A stretch of 64,000 nucleotides of DNA. Source: Laetmonice hystrix (taxonomy: Eukaryota). The translations under genes were made by a program, and so were the position numbers. Every line of letters begins with the position of its first letter. Position 1 is the stretch's first letter. This document shows positions 61,183 to 64,000 of this stretch, one piece after another. The notes beneath the pieces were generated by a model. It ran no database searches, was not told the origin of the DNA, and saw only the letters and a list, made by a program, of their open reading frames with translations. The DNA is taken from positions 14,014,001 to 14,078,000 of the forward strand of contig OZ249436.1 in NCBI GenBank assembly GCA_965235115.1. The letters are read 5' to 3'.

Positions 61183-62247
61183 ATGTCACGCTCCAGGATT
61201 GTATTTGGCTATATCTCGGGTTTGGTGTCAATGCTGGCTAACATCAGCAGTATGACCTGCGTTCAATCCCTACGACGTCTCGTGCCGGACTTTGAACTTG
61301 CAGCAGCTAGATTTTTATTACAACTTATTACAACATATACTGTTTCAAAAATGACAGGTAATTCTCTGAGTATTCCTTATAAATGGCACCACTGGATGGC
61401 TATATCAGTCGCAGGAAATATTGTGTACAACGTTGGATTTTTCTTTGGAACCTCCATTATTTCCTTGACGGAGACAATTGTATGTTACAATTTAGTAATG
61501 ATGTTGTCTACTGCGGTCATCCAATGGGTGTTTTTGAAGTTAAAAGTCGAGAAGATTCGGATTGCAGCTATCGTAATTTCAACTGTGGGAATCGTTGCAG
61601 TTTGCCAGCCATGGGACACTTTAAACTATTCCATCCTAAGTTCTACAAACACAACACAACTTCCTTCAATATCTGGAACTGATCCCATGTGCCAGTCGAC
61701 CAACCAGACTCATTGTATCAGAGCTCTCGTCAATGAAACACAAATCATTGACATTTATCCATGGTACTGGAGACTTATGGGATATTTGCTGGTTATTGTG
61801 GCCGGAATATCTGATGCTCTATTTGTCATAATTGCCGGCAATATTATTGAGGACATAAGTCCTGTAGTTCAGGTTATGTGGTTTTCAATTTTTGGATTCC
61901 CCATATCAGTAGTTGTATCTACCTTTTTTGAAGAGCAGGTCATTCCAAATCACTGTTCGGATATTCTACTCGTTTTGGGACACTGCGTTTTAGCAACTCT
62001 TTCAATTATTACTATGATATATTCGGCTACTCTCATTGGGCCTCTGGTGGCGTCCCTACTGGACGGCCTAGGACCCGTATTCATGTTGTTACCCCAATAC
62101 ACTGTTGCGGCTGATATTGTGCCTTCTCACAAAAACTGGACTGTGATATTGGGAGCAATCCTGGCCACATTTGGTGTGTCATTAGTACCAGTGTTTGAAC
62201 TTGTATTGCATTATACCACAACGACAACAACGCCAGATAAAATGTAA
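61183..62247 (+). CDS. EamA/DMT-superfamily (SLC35G-like) multi-pass membrane transporter, 354 aa, single coding exon
   Basis: Uninterrupted ORF with about 10 hydrophobic helices in two halves. Contains VPDFELAAARF and GIVAVCQPW, a glycosylatable central loop (NYS, NTT, NQT, NET) and TVILGAILATFG. A splice acceptor (attttttcag, ending 61130) lies just upstream. Confidence 0.8.
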   Translation: MSRSRIVFGYISGLVSMLANISSMTCVQSLRRLVPDFELAAARFLLQLITTYTVSKMTGNSLSIPYKWHHWMAISVAGNIVYNVGFFFGTSIISLTETIVCYNLVMMLSTAVIQWVFLKLKVEKIRIAAIVISTVGIVAVCQPWDTLNYSILSSTNTTQLPSISGTDPMCQSTNQTHCIRALVNETQIIDIYPWYWRLMGYLLVIVAGISDALFVIIAGNIIEDISPVVQVMWFSIFGFPISVVVSTFFEEQVIPNHCSDILLVLGHCVLATLSIITMIYSATLIGPLVASLLDGLGPVFMLLPQYTVAADIVPSHKNWTVILGAILATFGVSLVPVFELVLHYTTTTTTPDKM

Positions 62248-63459
62248 AATAGAAGAACGGACCTGTTGTGTGCCGGGTCCCACGGGATCCAGCCTCAGCC
62301 AGGGGGTGTTTCAATAAGCGCGTCGGATCGTCCGACCGGCGACGGACCAAAAATTAAATATATGGGTCTATACAAGTCAAAGTAACAGCATTGTAGAGCT
62401 AAGATCATGGTCTTCATTGCTACAGCAGGTGCAACTGTCGTTATCGTTTATGGTCACCATCGTTTTATTAGCGCTTGGTATATCCACCAGGGCGACTGAC
62501 GCTATATCGTCGGTTTAGTTTAGCGATGCCACTACAACGTCGGTTTCGGGTAAAATCGATTATGCAATAAAGTAGGCCCTAAAAGGAAACTGAGTTTGAG
62601 CATGAACATGTCCAATGGACACTCCTTTAGTAGCATTCCTTATGTGAGAATTAGAGTTTATATATTAACTGTCATGCTAATATGAACTTGATTCTGCTCG
62701 CTGTAAAATTGTCTCGTGTGTGTTTGTATAGAATGTGAGATATGATATATAGTAATAAACTACTACTACTATACTACTACTACTAGCGATGATTCTCGGT
62801 AATATTCAAGTAACATTGCGCATGGTCCTTTGGCATAGTTCAGCAGGACTATACCTTGTCGTAGAATTATACCAGATTAGATGCAACTACTGCATGTAGA
62901 GCTGTTTTGTTAAAGAAATACCAGTCTGAACCACGATTATTCTACATCCGCACACCCGCACCCGCACACCCCCACACCCCCCCCCCCACACTCACGCACA
63001 CATACCCCAATCTTTCAACCTTCACACAATGCGTGTACGAATGATGGAATTAATCGCTTGGAAAATAGTACGGTACAGATGAAAGTTAGGCCTACCTCAG
63101 CGATGCTGAGATAAGTTGGCCTGCTTAACCGCTCTTAAATATATTGACTATTTGCAATCAATTTAGAGTAACTATAGGGCCTATGGCGCAGCTCTGACGA
63201 CACCACATTACAACCAAACACATAACGGGATGAGGGACCTTTACGGCGGAAAGTATGGAACGAGATCCCTGGCGCATGAATACGGCCACGAAGGTGAATG
63301 CATGCATTAATGAAAGAACATAGAGGTCTACAATATACGGAATATGTTGGCCTAATAGTAGTACTTTATAACGGCCCCAGTACTACTCCTAATTCATGGT
63401 GGATCTTGATATGTAACGAGGTTAGGTTAATGCGTATGTAACGATTGACTATATCGATA

Positions 63460-63664
63460 CAGGCCCGTAGCCAGGGGGGGGGGGGGTCGGGGGGGGGGGT
63501 CGGACGACCCCCCCCCCCCCCCCAGTTGCCCATCCCTAAGATTTTATTCCATATATGAATAGGCTCTGGAAAACCTTGGATTTATTTCCCAGATGCCAGG
63601 AAAACGCGTATTTGGCCCTGTAATTCCCCCCCCCCCCCCACCTGTAAGGCTGGCTACGGGCCTG
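63460..63664. mobile_element. 205-bp MITE with 15-bp TIR and 5-bp TSD
   Basis: CAGGCCCGTAGCCAG...CTGGCTACGGGCCTG, flanked by CGATA at 63455-63459 and 63665-63669. Confidence 0.8.
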
Positions 63665-64000
63665 CGATATATCACATAGTTACACGCTCATCCTAATGCA
63701 CCTGACAGTTGAATCTGTAAAATATCCTCAATAATTTATATTCTGACATGTAGACTACTCTAGTAAATCAGGAATTCTTTCTTGTATTGATATGATCGTT
63801 ATAAACGTGTTTGCTGTAACATAGGACCGTTAAGTTTGGGTATTTCCATCCCCGAGATCAGCGATCAGTTAACTATATAAGGTGATACCAAAACACGTGA
63901 TAAAGCTGTCCGAGTTGCGCGGACTTGAGTGTCGCCACCTGGTGACTGTTCGCTAGTCATCTTTAAGTCGATCACACTACCATCTGGTGGCAAATGAAGA

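Overview
Intron-rich animal DNA, probably from an invertebrate (mollusc/lophotrochozoan-type SINE; species not determinable). Four host genes were reconstructed by hand from GT-AG junctions with consistent phases. (1) CTC1, the large subunit of the CST telomere complex: minus strand, 21 coding exons at 30426->1415, last exon not found. (2) SLC25A46: plus strand, head-to-head with CTC1, 8 exons, 445 aa. (3) A gamma-butyrobetaine dioxygenase (BBOX1-like): minus strand, 7 exons, 466 aa. (4) An intronless EamA/SLC35G-like transporter. Introns hold many minisatellites and non-autonomous DNA transposons. The highlight is a young, envelope-bearing LTR retroelement (42458-48375, TSD ACGG) inside a Harbinger-like MITE in BBOX1-like intron 3. 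It lacks almost all of gag plus protease, RT and RNase H, and keeps only an integrase remnant. It retains an intact 570-aa F-type (baculovirus F/errantivirus-like) env with its own putative splice acceptor, and it is arranged as an LTR-internal-LTR-internal-LTR tandem. All calls were made by eye; no database searches were run.
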